Shown piece after piece: positions 1-10,564 of a stretch of DNA of 64,000 nt. Position 1 is the first letter of the stretch; the number at the start of each line of letters is the position of its first letter. Both the position numbers and the translations under genes were made by a program. Below the pieces are notes generated by a model, which saw only the letters and a program-made list of their open reading frames with translations, did no database searches and was not told the origin of the DNA. The stretch comes from Euryarchaeota archaeon UBA106 (lineage in GTDB: Archaea; Thermoplasmatota; Poseidoniia; Poseidoniales; Thalassarchaeaceae): the NCBI GenBank assembly GCA_002502365.1, contig DAOJ01000065.1:7547-71546 (forward strand). The letters run 5' to 3'.

Positions 1-930
1 TAGAGCCTCACTAATACTAGCGCCCAATGAAACTTGTAAAAGCCCCGGAGTCCATCGATTAATTACTTCGTCTTTTATTGTCCAAGATGCTGTTAAATCG
101 CCTTCCATAGACTGCCAAATAGATCCTCTTCTTCCTCTTCCTTGCAATTGTATTCCCGCTCGTATTCTTTGCCAACCTTCCAAAGGTAATTCTTTTGCCT
201 CTTCCATGGTGGATTCTGTAGAATCAACATAAGTTTCTTCAACCCCTAGGCCTGGCTTCCAAAAGGCTACAACTTCCAGAGTATCACCGCCTATTCTTTG
301 TGTGGACAAAACCCTAGTCGACCATCCTTTTCTAGTCCAAATTAAAGGCGAATTTTTAGAATTTGAATCTGTATTCAAAAGTAGAATGAATACTTTCTGA
401 TTTAAGTTGTGTTGCTCAGCATATTCTAGCAATAATCTGGACCACCCACTTTCGGGTTCATCAGATAGGGAAGCCTCTTCAATGGGCCCTAGAGTGTCTT
501 GAAAATTAGATTCTAGATAAGGTAAATTCCAGACAACAACGTCTGCGTCGTATGGTAAGGTCCAATTCTCTTCCCCAACTCCTCCTTCTTCTACTGTAAT
601 TTTATCATCAACATCAGCCAAATTCGCATTACCTCTTGTTGCTGCGACTGCCAGAGGATTAATGTCAAAGGCAGAAACTCTCCAACCTGCTATAGCCATC
701 GCTATGGAAATGGCTCCAGACCCACATCCAATTTCTACCAAATGGCCACCACTGGTCCTAAGTTTTTGTAGAGCCCTGTACAGTAATTCAGTATCTTCAC
801 GAGGTGGATAAACAGTAGGCGGGACAGTCAACTGAATTTTTTCTTTATCTTCTATGGAAAATTCGTGTTTTTGGGATGGGGATTTAGAGGAATATTCTAT
901 CTCCCTCTCGATTTTTCCCCTCTCCATACA
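1..930 (-). CDS. Class I SAM-dependent methyltransferase, Mtq2/HemK2 (N6AMT1)-like N-terminal domain plus C-terminal extension; partial, C-terminus runs off window start
   Basis: Own reverse translation from ATG (revcomp of 928-930): MERGKIEREIEYSSKSPSQKHEFSIEDKEKIQLTVPPTVYPPREDTELLYRALQKLRTSGGHLVEIGCGSGAISIAMAIAGWRVSAFDINPLAV...VVVWNLPY. VYPPxEDT, GCGSG (motif I) and N-L-P-Y (variant of NPPY motif IV) fit the HemK2/Mtq2 family. The frame stays open to position 1. Not in the supplied ORF track, presumably because it lacks a stop in-window. Confidence 0.6.
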
Positions 931-1088
931 ATCTCCTGATTTTTCGCAAAAGTTTATCCATGAATATCCTTACTAATATCCGCTCTCTGGGGCTCTAGGG
1001 GGTAAAGGCCCAGCCTAGCCTATGCTATGCATAGACCGTCACTTTCTTAAACACCCCTTCGGACGACGGGCAGCCCAGCACTAGCCAT

Positions 1089-1162
1089 GGGCCTGTAGCT
1101 TAGTCAGGTAGAGCGCCGGGCTTTTAACCCGGTGGCCGGGGGTTCGAATCCCTCCAGGCCCG
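1089..1162 (+). tRNA. tRNA-Lys (anticodon UUU)
   Basis: Hand-folded cloverleaf. Acceptor GGGCCTG/CAGGCCC 7 bp. D stem GCTT/GAGC. Anticodon stem CCGGG/CCCGG with loop CTTTTAA (anticodon TTT). T stem GGGGG/CCCTC (one GU) with loop TTCGAAT. Discriminator G. CCA not encoded. Confidence 0.85.
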
Positions 1163-1164
1163 CC

Positions 1165-1200
1165 TGACCAAGCCTCAGGCCCACGGTTTTCTGGGCTTGG
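1165..1200 (+). promoter_or_regulatory. Hairpin between tRNA-Lys and rpoH (CCAAGCC...GGCTTGG outer 7-bp inverted repeat; inner GCCCA/TGGGC with T-rich loop CGGTTTTC)
   Basis: Inverted repeat read directly from sequence 1168-1199. Could be a tRNA 3' processing/termination element or an attenuator before the RNAP operon. Confidence 0.3.
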
Positions 1201-1210
1201 GGCGACGTAA

Positions 1211-1798
1211 ATGGCAGTGAAGAGTTCTACCAAAAAGCGTCTGATTGAGTTGGGCATCGATGCAGAGCATGCTCACAAACTCGCTGACGACGCTAATATG
1301 GATGCAATCAAGAGAATGACAGTTGAAGAGGTATCCGAAAAGACAGGAGTTGCAATGAGCGATGCAACCCTAGAAAATATAATGACAATCATCAGAGAGC
1401 ACAATACCTCCCGAAGAAGAAGTCGCTCAGGCCGAATTACCATTTCAAGAAAAGCATTAGAACTTGACGACATACCCCAAGGCGATGATAGATTTAATGT
1501 CCTAAACCACATTTTAGTTCCTCATCATGAATTAGTCCCCGAAGAAGAAGAGGCAGCAGTACTGTCACCATGGGGCCTAGAAGTTTCTGACAACGACGGT
1601 GGAACCAGAATAGCTAAGGAATTATTACCTAAGATTTTGATTACAGATCCCGCAGTTCAAGCCATTAAGGAAAAGGTCGAGTCAGAACTCGAAGATTTGC
1701 CTGCAGGATGGCTTGCAAATAGGGTTGTACGGGTAATCCGCTACAGCAGAGTGGCTGGTTCTAGTACAGCGTTCAGACTAATCGTGGAGAGTGCCTGA
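1211..1798 (+). CDS. rpoH: DNA-directed RNA polymerase subunit H (Rpo5/Rpb5 C-domain homolog) with ~110-aa N-terminal HhH-like extension
   Basis: C-terminal ~85 aa (HILVPHHELVPEEE...AVQAIKEKVE...VVRVIRYSRVAGSSTAFRLIV) matches archaeal RpoH (HILVPKHEIVP...GDVVRVIRKS...AYRLV). No Met at the RpoH-domain boundary, so the N-terminal module is fused. Immediately upstream of rpoB, as in archaeal RNAP operons. Confidence 0.85.
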   Translation: MAVKSSTKKRLIELGIDAEHAHKLADDANMDAIKRMTVEEVSEKTGVAMSDATLENIMTIIREHNTSRRRSRSGRITISRKALELDDIPQGDDRFNVLNHILVPHHELVPEEEEAAVLSPWGLEVSDNDGGTRIAKELLPKILITDPAVQAIKEKVESELEDLPAGWLANRVVRVIRYSRVAGSSTAFRLIVESA

Positions 1799-1810
1799 GG
1801 GGTTGATAAT

Positions 1811-4800
1811 ATGAAGGAAATCGTAGAAAGTTATTTTCAGCAAAGAAGTCTAGTAAATCACCAACTTGCTTCATACAACGACTGTATTCCCTCAACAGAT
1901 GGTAAGCTAAGTCGCATGGAAAAAATCGTTCGCAACATCCGTATTGGAACTGATGATCCAGTAGAGGATGACGATGGGGGTATAATCAAACTCGACGTTC
2001 TGGACAAAGAGATAGTAATCAGAATGAAGAATATTCATCTTGGTCGTCCTACTATTCGCGAAGCCAATGGGTCGGAACACCCTGGTACTCCTTTGGAATG
2101 CAGGCTTCGAAAACTGACTTATTACTCACCTGTTCATCTCGATTTCCAGATTATTAGGGACGATAAACCTACACCTGATATAGAAGAAAGAGTTCACATA
2201 GGAAACCTTCCTATTATGGTACGTTCAGCACAATGCAACCTTCACGCTAACCATATCTCACATCTGTGTGGAGAAGCGGATAGAAAATTAAATCCACATA
2301 CCTCAATCGAAGATGCAGAACGGTTGACTGAATTACTTCGAAGAGCCGGAGAAGATCCACTTGATCCAGGTGGCTATTTTATCATCAATGGAACCGAGCG
2401 GGTACTAATTTCAATGGAAGATCTCGCACCTAACCGAGTTACTGTTGAAAAGAACAAAAAGTACGCTCATGAAACAGAAGTCGCTAAGATTTTCTCTCAA
2501 AAAGATGGAGTTAGAAAGCCATTGAACATCGAAAAGCGCCGTGATGGTATGCTAATGGTAAAAATCCCAAGTGCAGGTACCACTCCAATTCCAGTTGTAT
2601 TGTTGATGCGTTCTCTTGGAATGGAAAATGACAAAGAAATTTTCACTGCAATTGCAGGTCCTGCAGAGGCAATGAAGTATACAGTTGCAAACCTCAACGA
2701 TGTCAAGGACAACGAAGAATACAATGTCGAAACCTCTGAGGAAGCACTTCAATGGTTAGAAAAGAAATTTGCCGCCGGTCAGCAAAAAGAATACCGTGAG
2801 GCTAGAATTCAGAATTTGTTGGATAAGGAATTACTGCCTCACCTAGGTTCTGGCCCCGAACATCGTGAAAAGAAGGCTATTTTCCTAGGAAGAATCGTCC
2901 GCCAAGTTTTGGAAATGGCGATCACAGACAAGGATCCTAACGACAAGGACCACTACGCGAATAAGCGCGTTCGTCTAGCTGGGGATTTAGTCGAGGACCT
3001 ATTCCGTGTCAGCCTACAACAACTTGCTAGAGACCTGAAATATCAATTAGAGAGACATCACAATAGGAAGCGTGAATTGAGAATTAACGCGTGCCTACGT
3101 CCTGATGTTTTAACTCAGAAGATAATGCATGCTTTGGCGACTGGAAATTGGGTCGGCGGACGTAGTGGAGTAAGTCAGTTGCTTGACCGAACGACATATC
3201 TTGCCGCTCTGTCACACATGAGAAGAGTCACCAGCCCATTGGTTCGAAGTCAACCACATTTCGAGGCCCGTGACTTACACCCAACTCAATGGGGTAGATT
3301 ATGCCCTAACGAAACTCCCGAGGGTCAAAATTGTGGGCTGGTGAAAAACGCCTCCCAAATGATTGACGTATCGGAGGAAGTTCACGAAAATGATGTCAAG
3401 CAACTTCTTAGCGAAGCCGGTGTAGATTCTTCACCAGCAGGCTGGGCTGAAGGATTCAGAGTTCACGTCAATGGTGACATTTTCGGACTTCACAAGAATG
3501 CTGCTAGATTGGTAAACCAATTCAAGCGCCGCCGCCGGCAAGGACGCATTCGTCCTGAGGTTAGTATCCGATACGACGGGGCGAACCGAGATGTGTTCAT
3601 CAATACTGATAGAGGCCGAATATTGAGGCCTTTACTTGTCCTAGAGGATGGCGATTTAGTATTATCAAAAGAGCATATGGACTTGATTAAATCCGGCGAA
3701 TGGACATTCGCAGATTTGGTCTCCAATGGAATTGTTGAATGGGTAGATGCGGAAGAAGAAGAAGACCTCCTAATAGCCCCACGTCCATTCGATTTGCCAA
3801 TGGTTTCTCCTAAGCATGGTCGGCCAATTAATCCAGCCGCAGTCGAGTGGGTAAACTTAGGCGATTCCCAAATCAAGAAGGCTAAGCTTCGTGTAGAAGT
3901 AAAGATGCCAAATGGGGATGTTGAAGTCGAGAATTTCAGCGTTCCTCTGAACTATTTCCAAGAGGAATTAGAAAGCATAATGCGCAAGCAAAAGCGGCAA
4001 AATACAGTTCTTGCATATACCCACGTAGAAATTGATCCACAATTGATTCTAGGTGTCTGCGCTTCATTGGTTCCTTATCCTGAACACAATTCCACTCCGA
4101 GAGTCACTGGTGGGACAGCGATGGTAAAACAAAGCCTTGGACTCCCTAGTGCGAACTACCGACTCAGGCCAGACACTCGAATGCATGTTATGCACTATCC
4201 ACAACAATCGATAGTAGGAACACGTTCCATGAAAACCACAAACTTCGCTCAAAGGCCAGGTGGTCAAAACTTCGTAGTTGCAATTTTGAGCCACCACGGT
4301 TACAACATGCAAGACGCAGTTGTAATGAATAGAGCAGCTGTCGAGAGGTCTTTAGGTCGCTCATCTTTCATTAGAACATACAATGCTGAGAACAAACAAT
4401 TCCCGGGTGGTCAAAAAGAACAAATCGAGATTCCAGGTACTGGCCTTGACGAGGTCAAGGGTCTAAAATCATGGGAAAGTTACGTTCACCTAGAAAGAGA
4501 TGGATTGCCAACACCAGAAACCCATCTATCTAGCGAGGGTGCCGAGACTGGGGTTTTGGTAGGAAAGACAAGCCCCCCTCGATTCCTCGAGGAATCTCAC
4601 GGCCACTTCCTACAAGCCCAAGAGAGAAGAGAATCATCAATGATGGTACGTAATGGGGAATCTGGTTGGGTCGACAACGTATATGTTACTGAATCCTTAG
4701 ATTCAGGTCTACTTTGCAGAATCACTCTCAGAACCGAAAAGGTTCCTGAACTTGGAGATAAATTTGCAAGTCGTCACGGCCAAAAGGGAATCATTGGCAG

Positions 4801-5497
4801 ATTAGTCGATGAAAAAGACATGCCGTTTACTGAAGATGGTATAGTACCTGACCTTATCATCAACCCACACGCTATCCCATCAAGAATGACCGTTGCTCAC
4901 GTTCTTGAAATGATAGGTGGAAAGGTTGGTTCGATGGAAGGTCGCCAAATTGACGGAACCGCCTTCAGTGGTGAGAAGGAAGAATCACTTCGTTCTGGAC
5001 TTCTTCGCAACGGATTCGCTCACACCGGAAGGGAAGGGATGATTAGCGGCGAAACCGGAGAAGCTTTCGATGCAGAAATATTCACAGGAGTAATCTTCTA
5101 TCAAAGGCTGCATCACTTGGTAAGTAGTAAGCTGCACGCTAGAAGTCGTGGTCGAGTACAAATTTTGACTCGCCAGCCTACAGAAGGGCGTGCTCGCCAA
5201 GGAGGTCTGCGATTTGGTGAAATGGAGAGAGACTGTCTGATTGCCCACGGTGCATCCATGGTAATCAAGGATAGGCTACTTGATGAGTCCGATGGATGGC
5301 CTCTAATGGTGTGTAACAACAGTGGTTGCGGTCACATCGCCTATTATGACTGGAAGAGGAGAACGCCAGTGTGCCCGGTTTGTGGCGACAGAGCAGATGT
5401 TCACTCCGTCCAGACCTCATATGCATTCAAACTACTCTTGGATGAGATGAAAAGTCTTGGAGTGGCTATGCGCCTAGAACTGGAGGATAGAAGATGA
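1811..5497 (+). CDS. rpoB: DNA-directed RNA polymerase subunit B (unsplit B, Rpb2 homolog)
   Basis: 1228-aa ORF with hallmark Rpb2 segments (GYFIINGTERVLIS, NGDIFGLHKN, FRFGEMERDC, C-terminal Zn ribbon CNNSGCGHIAYYD...CPVCG). Single ORF, not split into B'/B''. Confidence 0.95.
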   Translation: MKEIVESYFQQRSLVNHQLASYNDCIPSTDGKLSRMEKIVRNIRIGTDDPVEDDDGGIIKLDVLDKEIVIRMKNIHLGRPTIREANGSEHPGTPLECRLRKLTYYSPVHLDFQIIRDDKPTPDIEERVHIGNLPIMVRSAQCNLHANHISHLCGEADRKLNPHTSIEDAERLTELLRRAGEDPLDPGGYFIINGTERVLISMEDLAPNRVTVEKNKKYAHETEVAKIFSQKDGVRKPLNIEKRRDGMLMVKIPSAGTTPIPVVLLMRSLGMENDKEIFTAIAGPAEAMKYTVANLNDVKDNEEYNVETSEEALQWLEKKFAAGQQKEYREARIQNLLDKELLPHLGSGPEHREKKAIFLGRIVRQVLEMAITDKDPNDKDHYANKRVRLAGDLVEDLFRVSLQQLARDLKYQLERHHNRKRELRINACLRPDVLTQKIMHALATGNWVGGRSGVSQLLDRTTYLAALSHMRRVTSPLVRSQPHFEARDLHPTQWGRLCPNETPEGQNCGLVKNASQMIDVSEEVHENDVKQLLSEAGVDSSPAGWAEGFRVHVNGDIFGLHKNAARLVNQFKRRRRQGRIRPEVSIRYDGANRDVFINTDRGRILRPLLVLEDGDLVLSKEHMDLIKSGEWTFADLVSNGIVEWVDAEEEEDLLIAPRPFDLPMVSPKHGRPINPAAVEWVNLGDSQIKKAKLRVEVKMPNGDVEVENFSVPLNYFQEELESIMRKQKRQNTVLAYTHVEIDPQLILGVCASLVPYPEHNSTPRVTGGTAMVKQSLGLPSANYRLRPDTRMHVMHYPQQSIVGTRSMKTTNFAQRPGGQNFVVAILSHHGYNMQDAVVMNRAAVERSLGRSSFIRTYNAENKQFPGGQKEQIEIPGTGLDEVKGLKSWESYVHLERDGLPTPETHLSSEGAETGVLVGKTSPPRFLEESHGHFLQAQERRESSMMVRNGESGWVDNVYVTESLDSGLLCRITLRTEKVPELGDKFASRHGQKGIIGRLVDEKDMPFTEDGIVPDLIINPHAIPSRMTVAHVLEMIGGKVGSMEGRQIDGTAFSGEKEESLRSGLLRNGFAHTGREGMISGETGEAFDAEIFTGVIFYQRLHHLVSSKLHARSRGRVQILTRQPTEGRARQGGLRFGEMERDCLIAHGASMVIKDRLLDESDGWPLMVCNNSGCGHIAYYDWKRRTPVCPVCGDRADVHSVQTSYAFKLLLDEMKSLGVAMRLELEDRR

Positions 5498-8400
5498 GTG
5501 CCCGCGGAGTTGCAAAAATCCCAAAGAGGATTGATTCGATTAAATTTAGTCTGATGGATCCGAATGAAATACGAAAGATGTCAGCAGTTGAAGTAAAGAC
5601 AGCTGATACCTACAAGGATGATGGTCACGCATTCAAACAGGGTCTTATGGATCCCAAAATGGGTGTTATAGACCCCGGTATTCGATGTGAAACCTGTGGA
5701 AACAAACACGATGAATGTCCTAGCCACTTTGGACACATCGCTCTTGAGTTGCCTGTAATGCACATAGGTTTCACTCCTTTAATCAAAACCACATTGAAGT
5801 GTACATGCAATGAATGTAGCCAAATTTTGCTACACAGTGCTGCTGACACACATCCGTTAGATCCGGAAAAGTCTGAACAGGATTACTACCGAGATCGTGT
5901 TCATGATGTGATGAGAAAACATGGTGTTGGTTCGACAGAATTCAAGAAGATTATCAAAGAAATAGAGAAGGAATGCTCTAGTGCTAAGCGTGCAATTTGT
6001 ATGCACTGTGGAGCGGAGCAAGGAAAGATTATTCTCGATAAACCGACAACCTTCAAAGAGAAGAAAGCCGACAAAGGAGAACATAAACTCAATGCACGTG
6101 ATATTCGTGAATGGCTTGAGAAAATACCTGATGAACATCTGATTTTCTTAGGTATGGACAGTCATTCCAGTAGGCCTGAATGGTCCATAATGAAAGTTCT
6201 TCCAGTCCCTCCAATAACCGTTCGTCCATCAATCACACTAGACAGTGGAGATAGGTCCGAAGACGATTTAACTCACAAACTCGTTGACGTTTTGAGAATT
6301 AACCAACGACTAAGAGAAAATCGAGATGCAGGTGCGCCTCAATTAATTGTAGAGGATTTGTGGGAGTTGTTACAATATCACGTAACTACATACTTTGACA
6401 ATCAAACAAGTGGTATCCCACCCGCTAGGCATCGTTCCGGAAGGCCACTAAAGACTCTCTCGCAACGATTGAAGGGTAAAGAAGGTAGATTCAGGAGTAA
6501 TCTCTCAGGAAAGAGGGTTAACTTCTGTGCTAGAACCGTAATTAGCCCAGATCCAAATTTGGGGATTAACGAAGTTGGAGTGCCCGTGCGAACCGCAAAG
6601 GAACTCACGGTACCAATTCGTTCAACCAGTAGGAATCGTGAACAACTGAGAAGAATGATTCTTCGCGGGCCTGATGTACACCCAGGTGTTAACTACATCA
6701 TCCGCGGTGATAGTTTCCGTGTCAGAATTACAGACAGAACAAAATACATCTGGGCAGGTTTCCGATGCCTCAATCCAGACTGTCATTGTGGCAGTGATGA
6801 TGAACCATATCCAGGTTACAGACCTGACCTAAACACAGTATTACCGTCCCCTAATTTCCTTCCTGGTCTTGAGTTGAAAAAACAAATGAAAAGGAATGAA
6901 TTGGGAGATTTGGAAGACATTTGGTCTGTTGATTTAGATGCCACCCTTGCGAACCTACGTGGTGAAGATGAGAACGGACGCCCACTACCTGAAGATGATC
7001 CAAGAGCAGTAATTCATCACCGCTGGGTTTGGGAACAAAATAATCCTGATGAATATCTTCCTGAACACCTCGAAGTCAACTGCCCACACTGCGGTAGCCC
7101 GGCAATTGAGGATGAGTACGGTGAAGTTTACCGGACTGAAGTAGAAGACCGTCTTTCACCTTACGACAGAGAGGGCAATCCCCGTCCTGGTGTTATTGTA
7201 GAGAGACACCTAATTGATGGAGATGTTGCAATATTCAACAGACAACCATCACTACACCGAATGTCAATGCTTGTTCACGAAGTCAGAGTTATGCCAGGAA
7301 AGACATTCCGCTTTAACTTAGCAGATTGTACTCCATACAACGCTGACTTCGACGGAGATGAAATGAACCTACACGTAATTCAATCAGAGGAAGCAAGAGC
7401 TGAAGCTAAAATCTTGATGAGAGTTCAGGAACATATCATAACTCCTAGATATGGAGGCGCTGTTATTGGAGGAATCCATGACCATATTTCTGGTGCCTAT
7501 CTACTGACCCATGGTGAAAGAGTAATTCCAAAGGAATTAGCAATGGAAGTACTCGGTTCTGTTGGTTGGGATGGTGATATGCCTGAGGAGACTACTACGA
7601 AAGATGGAATAGTTGGGTACAAAGGAGCAGACTTACTAAGTTTAATTGTACCAGCAGGCTTCAAACTGAATTATACTAGCAGAAGCGGTGATGATGTCAA
7701 CGTAACATCGACAGGAATTGTCAGTGGAACTATCGACAAGCGTGGAATCGGTGCTGAAGATGGTCGCCTTCTTGATGCGGTAGTTCAAACTCACGGAACA
7801 GATAGGGGTGCAGAATTCCTAAATCGAATGACAAAAATGACAATTGCGATTTGCACAGCCTTAGGATTTACCACTGGTATCGATGATGAGGACTTACCAT
7901 CTGGAGCAATCAAAGAAATTTCTGAAATCAACGCTCGTGCCAGCGATGCAGTCGATGCTGAATTAGTAAAGTTCGGTAAAGATGGACGAAGATATGAAAC
8001 TAGACCTGGTAGAACCCCTTCAGAGACACTTGAGGAAAACATTCTCCAGATTCTAGATTCAGCCAAGGCCGAATCAGGAAACGTTGCAAAATCATACCTT
8101 GGAGAAGACAACTCTGCTGTAATCATGGCTACTTCAGGTGCTCGTGGTTCTATGGATAACCTAGCTATGATGGCAGGTTCTATTGGACAACCTAAAGTTC
8201 GTGGTAAGAGGTTAGAAAGAGGATACCAAGACAGGGTGTTGTCTCACTTCCCCCGCAACGTAAAGGGCGCTGAGGAGAAAGGTTTTGTTTCTTCTTCATT
8301 CAAACAAGGTCTACAACCTACAGAGTTCTTCATGCTATCAGTATCGGGAAGAGAATCTTTGGTTGATACTGCAGTTCGTACCTCAAAGTCTGGTTACATG

Positions 8401-8592
8401 CAGCGACGATTGATTAACGCAATGGATGATCTGAAAGTATCCGAAGATGAAAATGGATCGGTAAGAAATACTGCCGACAGAATTATTCAATTCGAATATG
8501 GAGAGGATGGAATCGATCCGGCTAGAAGCAGAAAAGGACTTCCGTTTGACATTACGAAGGTTCTAGATGATGCATTGGGAGGTGATGAGTGA
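5494..8592 (+). CDS. rpoA1: DNA-directed RNA polymerase subunit A' (Rpb1 N-terminal part)
   Basis: ATGA overlap with the rpoB stop. N-terminal Zn sites [17 protein letters not shown] and CTCNECSQ...CMHCG. Active-site region [10 protein letters not shown] ... [10 protein letters not shown] present. 1032 aa, including a ~130-aa Cys-containing insertion (see findings). Confidence 0.95.
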   Translation: MSARGVAKIPKRIDSIKFSLMDPNEIRKMSAVEVKTADTYKDDGHAFKQGLMDPKMGVIDPGIRCETCGNKHDECPSHFGHIALELPVMHIGFTPLIKTTLKCTCNECSQILLHSAADTHPLDPEKSEQDYYRDRVHDVMRKHGVGSTEFKKIIKEIEKECSSAKRAICMHCGAEQGKIILDKPTTFKEKKADKGEHKLNARDIREWLEKIPDEHLIFLGMDSHSSRPEWSIMKVLPVPPITVRPSITLDSGDRSEDDLTHKLVDVLRINQRLRENRDAGAPQLIVEDLWELLQYHVTTYFDNQTSGIPPARHRSGRPLKTLSQRLKGKEGRFRSNLSGKRVNFCARTVISPDPNLGINEVGVPVRTAKELTVPIRSTSRNREQLRRMILRGPDVHPGVNYIIRGDSFRVRITDRTKYIWAGFRCLNPDCHCGSDDEPYPGYRPDLNTVLPSPNFLPGLELKKQMKRNELGDLEDIWSVDLDATLANLRGEDENGRPLPEDDPRAVIHHRWVWEQNNPDEYLPEHLEVNCPHCGSPAIEDEYGEVYRTEVEDRLSPYDREGNPRPGVIVERHLIDGDVAIFNRQPSLHRMSMLVHEVRVMPGKTFRFNLADCTPYNADFDGDEMNLHVIQSEEARAEAKILMRVQEHIITPRYGGAVIGGIHDHISGAYLLTHGERVIPKELAMEVLGSVGWDGDMPEETTTKDGIVGYKGADLLSLIVPAGFKLNYTSRSGDDVNVTSTGIVSGTIDKRGIGAEDGRLLDAVVQTHGTDRGAEFLNRMTKMTIAICTALGFTTGIDDEDLPSGAIKEISEINARASDAVDAELVKFGKDGRRYETRPGRTPSETLEENILQILDSAKAESGNVAKSYLGEDNSAVIMATSGARGSMDNLAMMAGSIGQPKVRGKRLERGYQDRVLSHFPRNVKGAEEKGFVSSSFKQGLQPTEFFMLSVSGRESLVDTAVRTSKSGYMQRRLINAMDDLKVSEDENGSVRNTADRIIQFEYGEDGIDPARSRKGLPFDITKVLDDALGGDE

Positions 8593-10169
8593 TGGTTGTT
8601 AAGAGTGCAACAAAGAAGAAACTCATGGATCTTGGTATTGCTGAGGAATACGCTCACCGACTAGCTGATGATCGAAAATGGGATAATGTCAAGGTTCTTA
8701 CCGCAGGAGAAATAGCACAAATTTGTGCTACTGATTCTGGTATGGCACAAAACATCTCTGAAGTAATTCAAGGTTCAACTAAAGCAGCCCAAAAGGAGCA
8801 GAAAGCAGAGAAGACTTTGATTCGACGCCGTGTTACTTCCCGCAGAAGAAAGAAGAGTTTACTTCCTTTACAAGAATATGATTCTGAGGATAAAATGAAA
8901 CAAATCCACCGAGATTTGGATATTGAAAACCCAATGTTCACAAGCCTTTCTGATGCTGCAGTAAAAGAAAATATCAGAATTTCACCCAAGACAATTAATG
9001 ACTTAGTCAATGGTTTACTTTCTAGAGGTCAGAAAAAACTGACACCTGCTCAAGCGCGCAAGGTTGTTACTTGCGCAGCAGCAGATATGAAAATGTCTCG
9101 AGCAGACCCACATGAAGCGGTTGGAATTACCACAGCTCAATCGATTGGAGAACCGGGTACTCAAATGACTATGCGTACTTTCCACTATGCTGGTGTAGCA
9201 ACCGTCAACGTTACACAAGGTCTTCCTCGCGTTATCGAAATCGTTGATGCAAGAAAGGTTCCTAAGACGCCTACAATGCTCGTCTACCTTAATGAAAATG
9301 ATTCCAAGGGCAAACCTTTGCGAAGTAACGAGAAGAAGGTTCAGGCCATTGCTGCCGCAATAGAAACCACCACCACCAGAGATATTGCTTCGATAGATGT
9401 TGATGTTGCGCAAAGGCATCTTAATTTGGAATTAAATACCAAAAATATTCGATTGAAGAAAATGACTGGTGCAGAAGTCAGAGACAAATTACAAAGAGCT
9501 CTTCGACTATACATTCAGGCTGACGACGAAGATAAGCCTAAGGTTCTAAAGGTCATTCCAGGTGTGACAAAAGAGGATGATTTAGCCCAATTAGCAAATG
9601 ACCCACCTACATACACTGCTCTATTGCAATTAGAAGATAAAATCAAGAAATTACGTTTGAAAGGCCTACCCGATATTGTTAGAGCGAATGTTCAGGGTCC
9701 AAACAAGGACACTGGCGAATACTACATTGCAACCATTGGTTCTAACCTATCCAAGGTCAGTATGTTCGATGGCGTTGACAGAGGTCGCACTTACACCAAT
9801 AACATCAATGAAATTTATGGATATCTTGGTGTAGAAGCTGCCAGACAAGCCATAGTTAATGAGATGAAAGATACACTCGAGGGCGCAGGTCTAGAGGTAG
9901 ATACTAGACACTTAATTACAGTCGCAGATGTAATGACAAGCGAAGGTGAGGTTCGAGCAATTGGCCGTCATGGTGTTAGTGGAACTAAACACAGTATCTT
10001 GGCACGATCTGCATTCGAAGTGTCAGTTAACCATCTATTGCGAGCCGGTATTATTGGAGAAAGAGACCATCTACGTGGTGTAACTGAGAATATCATAGTT
10101 GGTCAACCTGTTGCCTTAGGGACAGGTAGCGTAGATCTATTCTACATACCTGAAGAGGCAGGTGCTTGA
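8589..10169 (+). CDS. rpoA2: DNA-directed RNA polymerase subunit A'' (Rpb1 C-terminal part) with ~125-aa N-terminal HhH-like extension
   Basis: ATGA overlap with the rpoA' stop. Canonical A'' core ([28 protein letters not shown] ... trigger-loop region). N-terminal 60 aa are paralogous to the RpoH N-terminus (VKSxTKKxLxxLGIxxExAHxLADD). Confidence 0.9.
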   Translation: MMVVKSATKKKLMDLGIAEEYAHRLADDRKWDNVKVLTAGEIAQICATDSGMAQNISEVIQGSTKAAQKEQKAEKTLIRRRVTSRRRKKSLLPLQEYDSEDKMKQIHRDLDIENPMFTSLSDAAVKENIRISPKTINDLVNGLLSRGQKKLTPAQARKVVTCAAADMKMSRADPHEAVGITTAQSIGEPGTQMTMRTFHYAGVATVNVTQGLPRVIEIVDARKVPKTPTMLVYLNENDSKGKPLRSNEKKVQAIAAAIETTTTRDIASIDVDVAQRHLNLELNTKNIRLKKMTGAEVRDKLQRALRLYIQADDEDKPKVLKVIPGVTKEDDLAQLANDPPTYTALLQLEDKIKKLRLKGLPDIVRANVQGPNKDTGEYYIATIGSNLSKVSMFDGVDRGRTYTNNINEIYGYLGVEAARQAIVNEMKDTLEGAGLEVDTRHLITVADVMTSEGEVRAIGRHGVSGTKHSILARSAFEVSVNHLLRAGIIGERDHLRGVTENIIVGQPVALGTGSVDLFYIPEEAGA

Positions 10170-10182
10170 AGGAGGAATAGAA

Positions 10183-10479
10183 ATGGACTTAGCAAGACAA
10201 CTCAAACAAGGAATTAGTACTGGAACCGTACTATTCGGACAACGTCAAACAACTAGTGCTTGTAACAAAGGAGATGCTAGATTGGTTCTGGTTGCGGCGA
10301 ATTGTCCCGAGGACTATATTTCCCTCTTGACGACCAGCCATCCCGATATTACAGTACACAGAGTCTCAATGGTCAATCGGCAGTTAGGCGCTGCTTGTGC
10401 AAAACCCTTCCCAGTGAGCGCATTATGTGTTGTAGACCCAGGTCAATCTGATTTACTAACACTGAACGGAAACATTTGA
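10183..10479 (+). CDS. rpl30e: 50S ribosomal protein L30e
   Basis: MDLARQLKQGISTGTVLFGQRQT...ARLVLVAANCPEDY fits the L30e family. GGAGG Shine-Dalgarno 8 nt upstream of the ATG at 10183 (track ORF starts earlier at 10162). Conserved position after rpoA''. Confidence 0.85.
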   Translation: MDLARQLKQGISTGTVLFGQRQTTSACNKGDARLVLVAANCPEDYISLLTTSHPDITVHRVSMVNRQLGAACAKPFPVSALCVVDPGQSDLLTLNGNI

Positions 10480-10564
10480 TGGCAACATCAAATGACTTCT
10501 ATTTTGCATCTCGGTCAGGTAATATCAGGGATTCCTTTCAAGATATGGATGACTGTCAGACACC

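Noticed and set aside
2497-8126. Numerous 60-130-aa antisense or alternative-frame ORFs inside rpoB/rpoA' (e.g. 3490..3876-, 5857..6138-, 7791..8126-)
   Set aside because: They lie wholly within strongly supported RNAP genes and show no domain signatures, so they are spurious.
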